Part shown: positions 1-9,758 of the stretch, piece by piece
Layout of the letters: each line of letters opens with the position of its first letter
Numbering within the stretch: position 1 is the stretch's first letter
IMG/VR virus record: IMGVR_UViG_3300012995_000005
Coordinates: 7,655 to 71,654 of that record
Source of the DNA: a virus
Length of the DNA: 64,000 bases
Direction: 5' to 3' (one strand)
Notes under the pieces: model-generated
What the model was told of the DNA's origin: nothing
The model's database searches: none
What the model saw: only the letters and a program-made list of their open reading frames with translations
Translations under genes and position numbers: made by a program

Positions 1-483
1 ATCCTGTGCCTTGAGCTTAATGTCAGCCGTTGGGCTATGAAACAAGAGTGAGACACTTTGACCGTCGGTGAGCGGAATTTTTGCGGTCATAACTGGAATG
101 CCCGCCACCTTACGAACATTACCTATTTCAGCCCCACCAGCTGTCGTCACTCCGGTATCATCGGTGCCGGCTTCATCGGTGCCGGCTTTGATTCCCGTAC
201 CATTTAGACCTGAATTGAGTATGCGAACAAATGCGCGCATAGTTTGGGATAAGCGGTTTTTTGTGGTGCTAATGGCTTCAAACATCGCTGTACTCTGCGG
301 ATCGGAAAGGTAGTCCCCCATATAGGAACACTCGACCTCTTCAACCGTAACACTTTCTAGCATTTGAGCCTCACCAGCTCCTTCAAGCAAAGATGAATAC
401 TCAGCATTGGATACCTGGCTTAAGTTATAGTCGCCACGATCGACGATCAGCATCCCATTCACGGGATGATATGGGTTACTCAT
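1..483 (-). CDS. darA: DarA-like antirestriction/internal head protein, N-terminal 161 aa (runs off the window edge; not in ORF track)
   Basis: Manual translation MSNPYHPVNG...FEAISTTKNRLSQTMRAFVRILNSGLNGTGIKAG...GGAEIG...PLTDGQSVSLLFHSPTA resembles the P1 DarA N-terminus; ATGA overlap with hdf stop; GAGGTG RBS. Confidence 0.85.
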   Translation of the reverse strand, partial: MSNPYHPVNGMLIVDRGDYNLSQVSNAEYSSLLEGAGEAQMLESVTVEEVECSYMGDYLSDPQSTAMFEAISTTKNRLSQTMRAFVRILNSGLNGTGIKAGTDEAGTDDTGVTTAGGAEIGNVRKVAGIPVMTAKIPLTDGQSVSLLFHSPTADIKLKAQD

Positions 484-1115
484 GCATCCACCTCGCGTTT
501 CAGAGTATCAAATTCAGTTTTCAACCTACGCCCTTCGGCCTGTTCAGCACGCAGTTGGTTTTTCAAAGCCTCGGCCCGATTCCGCTTATCCTGCAAACTG
601 TTGTTGCGCTCGAGAGTGACAGCCTGAGCAGAGGCGATCCTCCCTTTGGCTGCATCAATACGACCATTTTGCTCAGCGAGTCGCTGCGCGTTAGTTTTCA
701 GGCCGCTTTTTTGGCGAGGGGTTTCCGCTCGACCGGCTTTAGCCAGTTTGCGAGCAAGAGATTTTGCGAACGTTTGGGCATTAGAGGTAATGGCGCCAGC
801 TATGATTTTCGCGAGTGTCTCGAGGTCTTTGGCGCCGGTGAATGGAATAGATTTTTTATTCAGTGAAATAGCGGAGATATCACCAGAATCATTGACTTGT
901 ACAGACACCTCTTGCTCGTCCAAGGCTTTCAAGCCAAATGTACGTATACGTACCCCGTCTTTTTTTCGAGCAGTACCGGCAGGAATAACCTTAACGATTT
1001 CTGCGCCTGCTTTCGTCACAGCTTTTTTTAATGGCTCTAGGCCTTTGTCATTAAGATTGTTGAAGTCCAGGACGGCGTAGGTCTGCCCGTTCTTCGAAAA
1101 CAGATTAGCGGGCAT
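480..1115 (-). CDS. hdf: Hdf-like protein (DarA-associated)
   Basis: YAVLDFNNLNDKGL and VQVNDSGDIS motifs recalled from P1 Hdf; lydA-lydB-hdf-darA order. Confidence 0.8.
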   Translation of the reverse strand: MPANLFSKNGQTYAVLDFNNLNDKGLEPLKKAVTKAGAEIVKVIPAGTARKKDGVRIRTFGLKALDEQEVSVQVNDSGDISAISLNKKSIPFTGAKDLETLAKIIAGAITSNAQTFAKSLARKLAKAGRAETPRQKSGLKTNAQRLAEQNGRIDAAKGRIASAQAVTLERNNSLQDKRNRAEALKNQLRAEQAEGRRLKTEFDTLKREVDA

Positions 1116-1545
1116 AAGACGTCACCTTATCTACAGGAATGGCGAATACTTTGGTTACAACAGATTGAACAGGGAATAATCGATATAGTGGATTAATTCG
1201 GCTATCGCCGTGGGTCATTCGTACAACCAGCTCCCAATCCCCTTCCTTCAAGTAACGACGATTGAAAAACAGAAACTCTCGAGTTAAGCCCTTTTCCGAG
1301 ATGAATAATGACCGCGCCTTTCCGGTGATCACCGTCGTAGGGTCTTTCTTATCTCGCAGGCAATATTCAACTCTTGCGCCTTTCACATTCCGGCATGTCG
1401 TAAGAAAACTGACTGGGAACCGGATTACTTCATCGCTGTATTCTTCTGATCCGGTATCTTGAACAAGTACTTTTCTTCGCTTAAACAGAAAGCGATCTGC
1501 AAGTGCCGCTGCAACAACCAGCGCAAGGCACGTTTCACTGATCAT
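1105..1545 (-). CDS. lydB: LydB-like antiholin
   Basis: N-terminal TM segment; THGDSRINPLYRLFPV motif as in P1 LydB. Confidence 0.8.
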   Translation of the reverse strand: MISETCLALVVAAALADRFLFKRRKVLVQDTGSEEYSDEVIRFPVSFLTTCRNVKGARVEYCLRDKKDPTTVITGKARSLFISEKGLTREFLFFNRRYLKEGDWELVVRMTHGDSRINPLYRLFPVQSVVTKVFAIPVDKVTSYAR

Positions 1546-1854
1546 CTAAATCCCCTTTTTAATAAAAATGCTTTGCAGCGCAGCTATAAACTTCTCTTTC
1601 GCCACGGTTACGGTTTCTCGCCCGTTATTGCTCGCTACCAGTACAGCCAGGAGTAAAAGTGGTTCCTCCCAGCGAAGGTGCTCAGCTGAGTAATAAGCTG
1701 TGGCGCCGGATACAAAGCTGATCACCAGCTCAGTAAACAGGTTGAACCAATCACGCTTAATCCTTTCCTCCCGCACCCCCTGAAGGAAAACAGCTAATCC
1801 TCCAAGCGCCGAAAGCAGCACAGCAATAACGAGCGTTTGGGTGCTGGTGGGCAC
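1546..1854 (-). CDS. lydA: LydA-like holin
   Basis: 102 aa, three hydrophobic segments, ASNNGRE motif, GTG start. Confidence 0.8.
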   Translation of the reverse strand: MPTSTQTLVIAVLLSALGGLAVFLQGVREERIKRDWFNLFTELVISFVSGATAYYSAEHLRWEEPLLLLAVLVASNNGRETVTVAKEKFIAALQSIFIKKGI

Positions 1855-1884
1855 GTATTCCTCCGGCTCTGTAGGTACGTTGAG

Positions 1885-1903
1885 AGGCTAACAAAAGTGA
1901 CTT
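1885..1903 (-). promoter_or_regulatory. Late promoter (AAGTCACTT-N4-TAGCCT) for the lyd/dar operon
   Basis: Same architecture as five other sites; resembles the P1 Lpa-dependent -22 box AAGTTACTT. Confidence 0.65.
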
Positions 1904-1928
1904 TTGAAACTTGCAGGAGTTTTAGTGC

Positions 1929-1954
1929 AAAAAAAGCGCCCTGGTGGGCGCTTT
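1929..1954 (-). terminator. Intrinsic terminator after the tail fibre operon
   Basis: AAAGCGCCC-acca-GGGCGCTTT stem followed by a U-run on the minus strand. Confidence 0.8.
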
Positions 1955-1959
1955 CCGTA

Positions 1960-2397
1960 TCATGGCTCTTTAGGCCATGTAACTGTTTTTAACGTAGTAT
2001 CAAGACGATACAATTGTATCCGATAAATTTCCCAACTCTTGAGCAACGCGGCCTCTTCTTCGGTCGCAATCCCCAATTTTTCAGCATCCTGCAACGGTGC
2101 CATCGCCTTTGCGGCCGAAGCCATTAAGGATGCCTTCCTGCGCTCAGCACTGGTGCGCTGTTGCGCCGCAGTCGGTGGCGGGATGTCTACCCAGCACGGC
2201 CGCCCCTTCGATGCCCCACGTTGTTTCCCCTCCGGCGGTTGGCCGGTGAACGCCTGAAACACAGCCTCATCAACATCAATGCCGTCATCAGGCCAAGCGC
2301 CTACAGCGGCGTAATCTTCCAGCATCGAGAGTGGGTAAAACGCATTCTTTTCAGCACTATAAACATACATATTTTTTATTTCCCAATCGCGAACCAC
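1960..2397 (-). CDS. Tail fibre assembly chaperone (gpU/Tfa family)
   Basis: YSAEKNAFYP, WPDDGIDV, WEIYRIQLYRLD and C-terminal WPKEP motifs; downstream of the tail fibre gene. Confidence 0.85.
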   Translation of the reverse strand: MVRDWEIKNMYVYSAEKNAFYPLSMLEDYAAVGAWPDDGIDVDEAVFQAFTGQPPEGKQRGASKGRPCWVDIPPPTAAQQRTSAERRKASLMASAAKAMAPLQDAEKLGIATEEEAALLKSWEIYRIQLYRLDTTLKTVTWPKEP

Positions 2398-5300
2398 GTC
2401 ATGCCACTATCCCAGTCGGTGCGCACTTCGTTGCTGTAGCATTGTTTGTTCCAGTTAAAGCCTTGCGTGTTATGGCTGCCGAGCTGCACGCCGTAGTCGT
2501 AATACTGATCCCAGGTGCTTCTGTCCGGCCAAGCGGGCGTCATCAGGATCGGCCCGACCCATTGGGTAAACGGGATGTTGAACGACTGCCACAGGTTCGC
2601 ACTTTCGTTAATCCCCTTCGTGTACGTCCTGCCATACTGTAGGAGAATGCCGGTGTTCTCGTCTCGCCACCATCCTGATCCCTCATGCGTTCGGTTCGCA
2701 AAGGAACCCCAGTCAACACGGCCGTTAATATTGTTTTTCAGCCATTCACTGAGGTAGCCACCCCAAGCTGACCCCTGAACGTTTCCGTCCGGGTGCCACG
2801 TTGTCCCGCTGGATGTGGTGATCGCAGGCCAGTTACCGCCGATATGAATACCCGACTCAAAGGCGGCGGCACCGGTTCTGACATCCACAGAAAACGGACG
2901 CAGGTTGTTGAATGTGCCGTACTGGTCGTTTTCTTTTGTCAGCAGCAGGTAAAGCCTGTTGCCATCATTCCGCCAGAATGAACCGAACCCGCCGCCGATC
3001 AGCCGGTAGTTATCGGGATTTGTTGATTGGATCTCAGCACTGGTTTTTACCGGCCCGGTGAGCTGTCCTCCAGACTTCGCCAGATATCGTCCATCTGATT
3101 CAGTTTTGTTATACGCATTAACATCACCAGCCAACAAATTGACGTCCGATGATAGAGGTTTGCCATTAACTTTAATCGAGCGAAGCGCGTACTTTTGCGC
3201 TGCCTGCGGGTCAGTCAGCGCTCCTACATCGGCAGCAGTTGGCTTGTCGAGTGTTGTATACACCTTCGCCCAAGTTTTAGCCGTCGCCGGATTATCTTCC
3301 CTAAGAGAGCGCAAATAAAACTCAGTATTACCGGAGCCAATAGCGAATTGCACGTGTCGATATTTGTTGAGCTTGAATGTGATTAAATTACCGAGATTGC
3401 CTTTAGTTAGCGGATAGCCGACCGATTTATCGCCCAGTTGCTCCAACATGAATCCATCTGGACGAGTAAGGTCATTGTCGGCGTTTGATGCCTGCAAGCC
3501 TTCGCTCGGGAAAATAACACGCGGCAACGTGAGCGGCCCCGACATTTCGTCGCTAGATTTTTTAACATATCGCCCATCTGATTCTTCTTTCCCCCAAACC
3601 CCAATATCTTCTGGGGCCGGGTTATTACCCGAGTGATAGATTGAGTTGGATATAAATCTAATGCTAGCTGTTGGTGCAGTATCTTGAGTAGCAAATGAAT
3701 ATGCCCAGTTGGTCATTTTCACTGATGCTGTAACGCTGAAAACAACATTTTTTACATACGTAGCTACAAGGATATATAACTCATACTTATTGGCCGATAC
3801 TTCGATCGCCCGAACTTCAGATATGGCTGGCAGACCATAATGATGGCTAGTTACAATGGCGCGAAACGGATCATTTATTTTAGTAATTGAACCATTATTA
3901 GTCCTAAGCATTATTCGCTGAGATGCATTATTTCTTTCGGACGCGTTATAACCAGCCCCCCCCATTACGTCAATAGTTAGAGTAGCTCCATACTGAAGCA
4001 TGTTAGAAGCTGTACCAAGCAGAACCCATGACGGTGCTGCGTTTGTCTCGACTTTTAATTTTGCAATACTGCCAAAGTTATCTACCAAATCCTCTGTTGA
4101 AAGCGTTCCGATATCAGAAGGCTTTGGTTTATCGAGTTCGGTATAGATTTTAGTCCACCCCTTCTCATAGCCGAAACCATCTCGAGAAGATCGATATGCA
4201 ATACCGCCATTACCATAATTAAATCTGAATCCAGCTGAACGCGTGCTACCTGTGCCGCCCAGATGAAAATGCAGAACAGACGTCATACCGGAGGCCTGAG
4301 TGCTATAGAACCCGGAAGGTGAGTTCCAAGCAACATCTGTAGCCGTTCCTGCAAGTCCTCTTGAAAAGTATCGTGAGTCAGACTCTGATTTATTGTATGC
4401 ATCCACATCAGATGCAAGCAGATTGATATCTGATGTGAGGGGTTTCCCATTCACTCGTATAGATCTTAGTGCATACTTCTGCGCTGCCTCAGCGTCTGTT
4501 AGCGCACCAACATCTGCGGCCGTCGGTTTTCCGGCAGTTGAGTAATATTGTGACCAACCGCTAAACGACCCGTTATTGTTCGTAGCGGCATAAAGTTTGT
4601 TGCCATTACCATGACCAATGAATAAATAATGGATAAAGCGCTGATTTCCTGGCTCTGTGCTAAGTGTTGACTGGTTTGTTGTTACATAGAGTGAACCCCA
4701 GGGGACAGGAGTAAATGAGCTATTTTCGACGCTCCAAACACCAGCTGATGTAGGTTTGTCGGCTCCATTTAGTACGCGTTGCACACCCATCCGTGCCGCA
4801 AAATTGTTCCTATGATCTGCGGCACCAACGTCTGTGATTGTCGGTTTGAAATTTGTTGTATATGCCTGCGACCACTTGACCCCACCAGCCGGCGAATTAG
4901 ATTGACCAAAGAAAGAACTACCATCATTTTTGATAGCAAGATATGCCGAAGAGGGGCCACCATCGCAAGGTAGCGAGACAACACCGAAAACCCCTTTTCC
5001 TGGCGCATTTTCAGATGTTTCGTTGACTCGATAGAACTGTGCAGTATTGCAATACGCATTGTCAAAATGCCGCGATCCTGCGCCAAGTCCAAATGCGCCA
5101 ACAGCCATCAACTGACCCGCCGCAACACCAACATTACGCGTCGCAGCATCTCCCAGCTCTAAGCTTCCACGGGCCTTTGCTTTATCAGTTAGATCAGCAA
5201 GGTTGCTTGCCTTGGATAAATATCGTCCATCTGATTCAGTTTTGTTATACGCATTAACATCACCAGCCAACAAATTGACGTCCGATGATAGAGGTTTGCC

Positions 5301-6284
5301 ATTAACTTTAATCGAGCGAAGCGCGTACTTTTGCACTGCCTGCGGGTCAGTCAGTGCACCTACATCGGCAGCTGTCGGTTTGAAGGCTTGGGTATATACG
5401 CGATCCCATTTCTCAGTGGATGCCCCAGTATCTTTACGCATAGAGCGCAAATAAAACTCAGTGTTACCAGAACCAAAAGCGAGTTGAACATTTCGATATT
5501 CGTTCGATTTGAACGTGACCAGAGTTCCCAGGCCACCTGGCACTGGATATCCCGTGTTGATAGTAGAAAGTGATTCAAGAGTGAATCCATTTTCACGATC
5601 AATATCTTTGTTAGCGTGAAATACGCCACCGTCAGGAAAAACTAGACGAGTTACACCTAACGGCCCTGTCATATTCCCGCCGGTAATGGGGACAAATGAC
5701 CTACCTGCTTTAACAGTCAACAATCGACTATCTCGAGCATCATTAATATCATCTGTAGGCTCATAAGAAACCTTCAGAGAATAACGGTTCGCGATACTAA
5801 TACTTCCGGCCGGCACGCTAGTTGCATTAGCTGCGAGGTTAACTCGACAAATCTCAATCATGCCATCAATGATGCTTTTCTCGTCATTAACGACAAACAA
5901 ACTGGCTGCCTTAATTTTGGAATCAGCGTTTACCTGATCGGTGGTGATACCCAGTCCGTATTTTGCCTCCAAAACAACGATGTTCAGCTTCCCAGCCGAT
6001 AAAGCTACAGTTTGCTCAGTAAGAAGCTGTACTGTGATTTGATAGCCATTAACATTAACCGATGCTACACCTGGCTTAGTACCGTTTGGTTTAACGATAA
6101 CATTTAGACCATTGCCAGGGGCAACTGAGAATCCTTGATACACACCGGCGCCAAAAATCCCATATGCTTTGCGGTTGAAAGCAGATGAGGCGTATGGCTC
6201 TAAATATTGAATATCAGCCAAAAGGCCGCTGGAATTTTTCGGGGCAACGATCGTGATGCCGCCAACTGTAGTTATAGCGGCCAT
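2376..6284 (-). CDS. Long tail fibre protein (P1 gpS-like N-terminus), about 1302 aa
   Basis: ADIQYLEPYASSAFNRK resembles the P1 S N-terminus; repeated KPTAADVGA/VNGKPLSSD modules; start moved to the ATG overlapping the gene R stop. Confidence 0.9.
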   Translation of the reverse strand: MAAITTVGGITIVAPKNSSGLLADIQYLEPYASSAFNRKAYGIFGAGVYQGFSVAPGNGLNVIVKPNGTKPGVASVNVNGYQITVQLLTEQTVALSAGKLNIVVLEAKYGLGITTDQVNADSKIKAASLFVVNDEKSIIDGMIEICRVNLAANATSVPAGSISIANRYSLKVSYEPTDDINDARDSRLLTVKAGRSFVPITGGNMTGPLGVTRLVFPDGGVFHANKDIDRENGFTLESLSTINTGYPVPGGLGTLVTFKSNEYRNVQLAFGSGNTEFYLRSMRKDTGASTEKWDRVYTQAFKPTAADVGALTDPQAVQKYALRSIKVNGKPLSSDVNLLAGDVNAYNKTESDGRYLSKASNLADLTDKAKARGSLELGDAATRNVGVAAGQLMAVGAFGLGAGSRHFDNAYCNTAQFYRVNETSENAPGKGVFGVVSLPCDGGPSSAYLAIKNDGSSFFGQSNSPAGGVKWSQAYTTNFKPTITDVGAADHRNNFAARMGVQRVLNGADKPTSAGVWSVENSSFTPVPWGSLYVTTNQSTLSTEPGNQRFIHYLFIGHGNGNKLYAATNNNGSFSGWSQYYSTAGKPTAADVGALTDAEAAQKYALRSIRVNGKPLTSDINLLASDVDAYNKSESDSRYFSRGLAGTATDVAWNSPSGFYSTQASGMTSVLHFHLGGTGSTRSAGFRFNYGNGGIAYRSSRDGFGYEKGWTKIYTELDKPKPSDIGTLSTEDLVDNFGSIAKLKVETNAAPSWVLLGTASNMLQYGATLTIDVMGGAGYNASERNNASQRIMLRTNNGSITKINDPFRAIVTSHHYGLPAISEVRAIEVSANKYELYILVATYVKNVVFSVTASVKMTNWAYSFATQDTAPTASIRFISNSIYHSGNNPAPEDIGVWGKEESDGRYVKKSSDEMSGPLTLPRVIFPSEGLQASNADNDLTRPDGFMLEQLGDKSVGYPLTKGNLGNLITFKLNKYRHVQFAIGSGNTEFYLRSLREDNPATAKTWAKVYTTLDKPTAADVGALTDPQAAQKYALRSIKVNGKPLSSDVNLLAGDVNAYNKTESDGRYLAKSGGQLTGPVKTSAEIQSTNPDNYRLIGGGFGSFWRNDGNRLYLLLTKENDQYGTFNNLRPFSVDVRTGAAAFESGIHIGGNWPAITTSSGTTWHPDGNVQGSAWGGYLSEWLKNNINGRVDWGSFANRTHEGSGWWRDENTGILLQYGRTYTKGINESANLWQSFNIPFTQWVGPILMTPAWPDRSTWDQYYDYGVQLGSHNTQGFNWNKQCYSNEVRTDWDSGMTWFAIGK
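3084..5334. repeat. Perfect 115-bp direct repeat (3084-3198 = 5220-5334) inside the tail fibre gene; diverged third copy at about 4370-4530
   Basis: Base-by-base comparison; similarity continues about 45 bp further with a handful of mismatches. Confidence 0.9.
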
Positions 6285-6733
6285 TATCCAGCCCTCTGGT
6301 CGATAGTTAACACGGCAGTAAAGGCCTTCCCGCGATACAAAGTGTCTTGCTGGCAGCAAAGGACAGCGAACGCTTTGCCATCGCCGTCAATCAGCATCAT
6401 TGTATTGAAGTTGTATGGTGTATCCGCAGGTAGCAATGAGTCCTGTAGCGTTGCGTTAATTGTGATCAACCCTTCTTTGGCAGTACAGACGAGGTTGCAC
6501 TCAGCAAATTTGTTTTTCAGATCGCTCAAGGAGTATGTCGACGGGATGTTCGCGATGTTCCAACCTCCCGCCGGGTTGGCGGTTACGAGGGCCGATGTAC
6601 CAAAGTACCCCTTCGACATTACGAACCTTGTTCCAGCCCCGATCTCTGACTCCGCGCGCCGGTTGTAAAAATAATCCAGCAGTGCAGCTCGAAATAGCTT
6701 CCCGCCGGTCTGAACGGCCTTAATTTCTGCCAT
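6284..6733 (-). CDS. Tail fibre attachment/assembly protein, P1 gpR-like
   Basis: LLDYFYNRRAES and CQQDTLYRGK motifs recalled from P1 gpR. Confidence 0.8.
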   Translation of the reverse strand: MAEIKAVQTGGKLFRAALLDYFYNRRAESEIGAGTRFVMSKGYFGTSALVTANPAGGWNIANIPSTYSLSDLKNKFAECNLVCTAKEGLITINATLQDSLLPADTPYNFNTMMLIDGDGKAFAVLCCQQDTLYRGKAFTAVLTIDQRAG

Positions 6734-6768
6734 AGAAGAACGCCTGTGCAGTGGTTGATTAGCAGGCG

Positions 6769-6787
6769 AGTTTATGTAAAGTGAGTT
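6769..6787 (-). promoter_or_regulatory. Late promoter (AACTCACTT-N4-TAAACT) for the R-S-tfa operon
   Basis: Shared motif, spacer length and -10 box. Confidence 0.7.
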
Positions 6788-6846
6788 TTAGAATTGAAAA
6801 CACCGGCCCAGTGGGGCTGGGCCTCTGCATTTTGTCATGCAGCCTG

Positions 6847-7905
6847 TTAAATGGTGTCTAGATAAATAATGGAGTTTATTCGTCCTACCTCGGCCGCAGA
6901 AATAGGCAGTATAGCGCTATCTACCTCTTCTGGGAATGTGTATCCGATTAGCTCTCCAGAGGTAAACTCGATGTTACAACCTCGGTAACCGAGCGTTTTA
7001 ATGCTGGCGATCCCGTCCACTACAACAAGGCGTGAATCATCCCCTTGCGTTGGGCGTATCATTGGCGCAGGCACCACATCAAGCACCCAGGCATCGAGTC
7101 GCATTTCATCCATATGGACGGGTACAGCCTCCAGTGGCCGAGGAATATTGCTGAGCGTTTGGGCCACAGTAAGATTTGTAGAAACAGACTGTGCTGCGAT
7201 CACCGTTTGGAGTGATTCGATATACCAGGTGCCGTTTTGGATCTTTGCGCTGGCGCCAGAGAGGGTGAATACTATTTTTCGCTCCACCAGCTCAAACCGC
7301 AAATGATATCCCATGCCATCAAACACTATATGCAGCGGTATCAACGGTTCTATGACCATTTTGAACTGACGCATGAATTCGTCTAACACCTTAGATGGAT
7401 CTGTGTCCGAATACACCTCGTAAACGTCATTCAGTGCCACGCTGATGCGCCCGCGCGAGGTTAGGAAGAAATCACCATACTTATCCTTTGACGTCTCCAG
7501 CTCGTCTTTGGTGACGAAATAGGAACCATACGGAAACTTTGCTTGATCCACGGGGGCATAAAGTGGCGCCCAAGTCGCCGCAAGGTTTTTGAACTCACGC
7601 CAAAGAGTTGCCTCAATTGGGCGACTTGTTCCCTTGAAATGGATCTCATCCAGACGTTGCGAAAGTAATACTGGCAGTGAAGTAGAATTTTCCCCATCGA
7701 TATAGAAGAACTTACCCAGTTCTCCCATCTTTTTCCTCAAGTCATCTTTATCCATTGAGTACAGCGATTTTCTATTGGCAGTGCGCTCAATCAATGGCAG
7801 AACAATACTGTTCAGCATTGACTGCACCACATCAGCAAACCCCGCCCACAACCCAGATTGTTGCTTAGCGGACGTCATTTGCTCTTTGAACCAATTATCT
7901 TTCAT
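6847..7905 (-). CDS. Baseplate protein, P1 gp16-like
   Basis: Synteny between bplA and R; WFKEQMT and RLDEIHFKG motifs. Confidence 0.65.
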   Translation of the reverse strand: MKDNWFKEQMTSAKQQSGLWAGFADVVQSMLNSIVLPLIERTANRKSLYSMDKDDLRKKMGELGKFFYIDGENSTSLPVLLSQRLDEIHFKGTSRPIEATLWREFKNLAATWAPLYAPVDQAKFPYGSYFVTKDELETSKDKYGDFFLTSRGRISVALNDVYEVYSDTDPSKVLDEFMRQFKMVIEPLIPLHIVFDGMGYHLRFELVERKIVFTLSGASAKIQNGTWYIESLQTVIAAQSVSTNLTVAQTLSNIPRPLEAVPVHMDEMRLDAWVLDVVPAPMIRPTQGDDSRLVVVDGIASIKTLGYRGCNIEFTSGELIGYTFPEEVDSAILPISAAEVGRINSIIYLDTI

Positions 7906-7913
7906 TATAACTC

Positions 7914-9326
7914 TCAGTATTTAAGTTCGAATTTCGATTTTTTCACATCAAGATAAATAAAATCATTTAGAGCTGCCGCTTCGCTCATATTTATAATCTC
8001 AAGCTTGAATTTCGACAACAGCCCTGTTGACTGAATAATCGCCCAAACTTCATTATGCGAAACTCGTGCAAACTCCCCTGATTCATCGCGTTCAAAATTA
8101 CTTGAGTCTCGACCCGCCCTAGCCTCCAGTTCATCGCGGATCTTCTTCTCTGCATCAACAATTACTTCGTTTTTTTTCACAACGCCAGTAACGTTAATTG
8201 TAAATGGCCGCTCATTTGTCTTTACGTATACAAAATTCTTGTTGAGTTCATTGGGGATATCCTGAAAGGCGCTTAAAACAACCGATTCCATTTGTTCCTG
8301 AGTCAGCCCTTTCTTATGTCCGCAGAAAAATACTGTATTAATATTTTTCAGAGAATGAACGCCTGTTGATTTTTCTTGCTCCTTCTCACCCCAAGCATTG
8401 ATCCAGCTTATATTTGGAATCTGAGTGCGAAGATAAAATTTATAGTCCGCGCCCCACACTACCTGGCCGTCATAGGCTGTAAAATATTGCGCTCTATTCC
8501 GTGTCTCTTCGGTAGTTTCGTAACCTGCTCCGTTTGTAATCGGAGTTTCTGTTTTTACCTCAATTTTACCTGATAAATCAGAAGATCCAGCATATGGCGT
8601 TAAAGTCTGTCCTTGCACAAGGGTGATATCACCATCACTTAACCACACATCTAAAATGACCTGTTCGCCACCAGCCGGCATCTTCCCAATCGAACCATCA
8701 CCAAAACGAATACCTATTTGCTCCGTGGGTCGATAGAATTTTACATAATGAAGAGAGTTCTTATTAGAAAGACGGAATTGAGGATTCTCTTCCCACCGGC
8801 GTGCCACTCCATTATCTGTGACAGATACATCGATACTGACACACCTCTTCGTCATAGCTTTCGTTAATGTGAAAGACAAGAACTCTGTTTCGTTTTCGAC
8901 ATCAAATATGAGCTGTTCTCGTTCAAGCTGCTTTGTTGGAACACCATGCCGAGTTTCCCCAGGCTTTAAAACAAGCGGTTCAACCAGCATGTAGCGTTTC
9001 TGTTCGTCAGAAATTAGATCCGCATAGATTGGAAGGGATTGTTGTATCTGAGTTTTATTTGTTACTGATGAAGTGCCATAAGATGGCATAATTTGGCGGG
9101 CCACATACCCACGATCCTCAGCACCAGCAAGGATTGAAGAGCGCTTTGTTGCTGTACTAATAAACCCTTCGGTTAACGCTTTCTCCGCAGCTGTTTGAGC
9201 TGCGTAAATTATCTGGCTGAGCATAATCGCCAGCATTTTCATAAACTGGCTATTTACAAAGCGACTCCACCAGACATTCTGCTGAATAAGGGCTGTGAAT
9301 TTCTCTAAAATTTCCTGCGAAGTCAT
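7914..9326 (-). CDS. bplA: Baseplate wedge protein BplA (gpJ/gp6-like)
   Basis: FISTATKRSSILAGAEDRGY and IRFGDG motifs; 470 aa; synteny. Confidence 0.8.
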   Translation of the reverse strand: MTSQEILEKFTALIQQNVWWSRFVNSQFMKMLAIMLSQIIYAAQTAAEKALTEGFISTATKRSSILAGAEDRGYVARQIMPSYGTSSVTNKTQIQQSLPIYADLISDEQKRYMLVEPLVLKPGETRHGVPTKQLEREQLIFDVENETEFLSFTLTKAMTKRCVSIDVSVTDNGVARRWEENPQFRLSNKNSLHYVKFYRPTEQIGIRFGDGSIGKMPAGGEQVILDVWLSDGDITLVQGQTLTPYAGSSDLSGKIEVKTETPITNGAGYETTEETRNRAQYFTAYDGQVVWGADYKFYLRTQIPNISWINAWGEKEQEKSTGVHSLKNINTVFFCGHKKGLTQEQMESVVLSAFQDIPNELNKNFVYVKTNERPFTINVTGVVKKNEVIVDAEKKIRDELEARAGRDSSNFERDESGEFARVSHNEVWAIIQSTGLLSKFKLEIINMSEAAALNDFIYLDVKKSKFELKY

Positions 9327-9330
9327 ATCA

Positions 9331-9678
9331 TTACTCCTTTTTCATCGCCCAGGAAAGATCCTGTTTCGGTATCCCAATAGTCAGGACAAATACATCGATT
9401 TCTGCTGGCTCTATCCTGATCCCTGTTAACTTCAAATCAGCTATATCGCTCATCATTTTGATGATGATCTCGTTCTCGATAGCGACCAGCGTATGCACGC
9501 TATCTAGAGGCTCGTGCTTATAACGCGGCAACGGATTTCCATACTCAGGTAGACCATAGACACTTCCTTCCGGCGTATGTAACCAGTCCTCAATGCGTGC
9601 TTGCATGGCTTCTACATCACCAATTTTGACGTTTACGCCCTCCCCGCTCACTCGTAAAAGGCTATCTATTTCGTTCAT
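9331..9678 (-). CDS. pmgA: PmgA-like baseplate protein (gp25/gpW-like)
   Basis: WLHTPEGSVYGLPEYG motif; synteny. Confidence 0.7.
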   Translation of the reverse strand: MNEIDSLLRVSGEGVNVKIGDVEAMQARIEDWLHTPEGSVYGLPEYGNPLPRYKHEPLDSVHTLVAIENEIIIKMMSDIADLKLTGIRIEPAEIDVFVLTIGIPKQDLSWAMKKE

Positions 9679-9708
9679 ATGAATACCTGTACTGGTAGCT
9701 AGGACGCT

Positions 9709-9727
9709 AATTTAAGCGAAGTGAGTT
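9709..9727 (-). promoter_or_regulatory. Late promoter (AACTCACTT-N4-TAAATT) for pmgA-bplA-16
   Basis: Shared motif in an intergenic gap. Confidence 0.7.
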
Positions 9728-9758
9728 AATGAGCGCGGCAGGAGTGCCGCGCCCACTA

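Noticed and set aside
3084-5380. Tail fibre repeats as a DGR template/variable pair
   Set aside because: Both copies are in-frame coding, the core is identical, flanking mismatches are not adenine-specific, and there is no reverse transcriptase in the window
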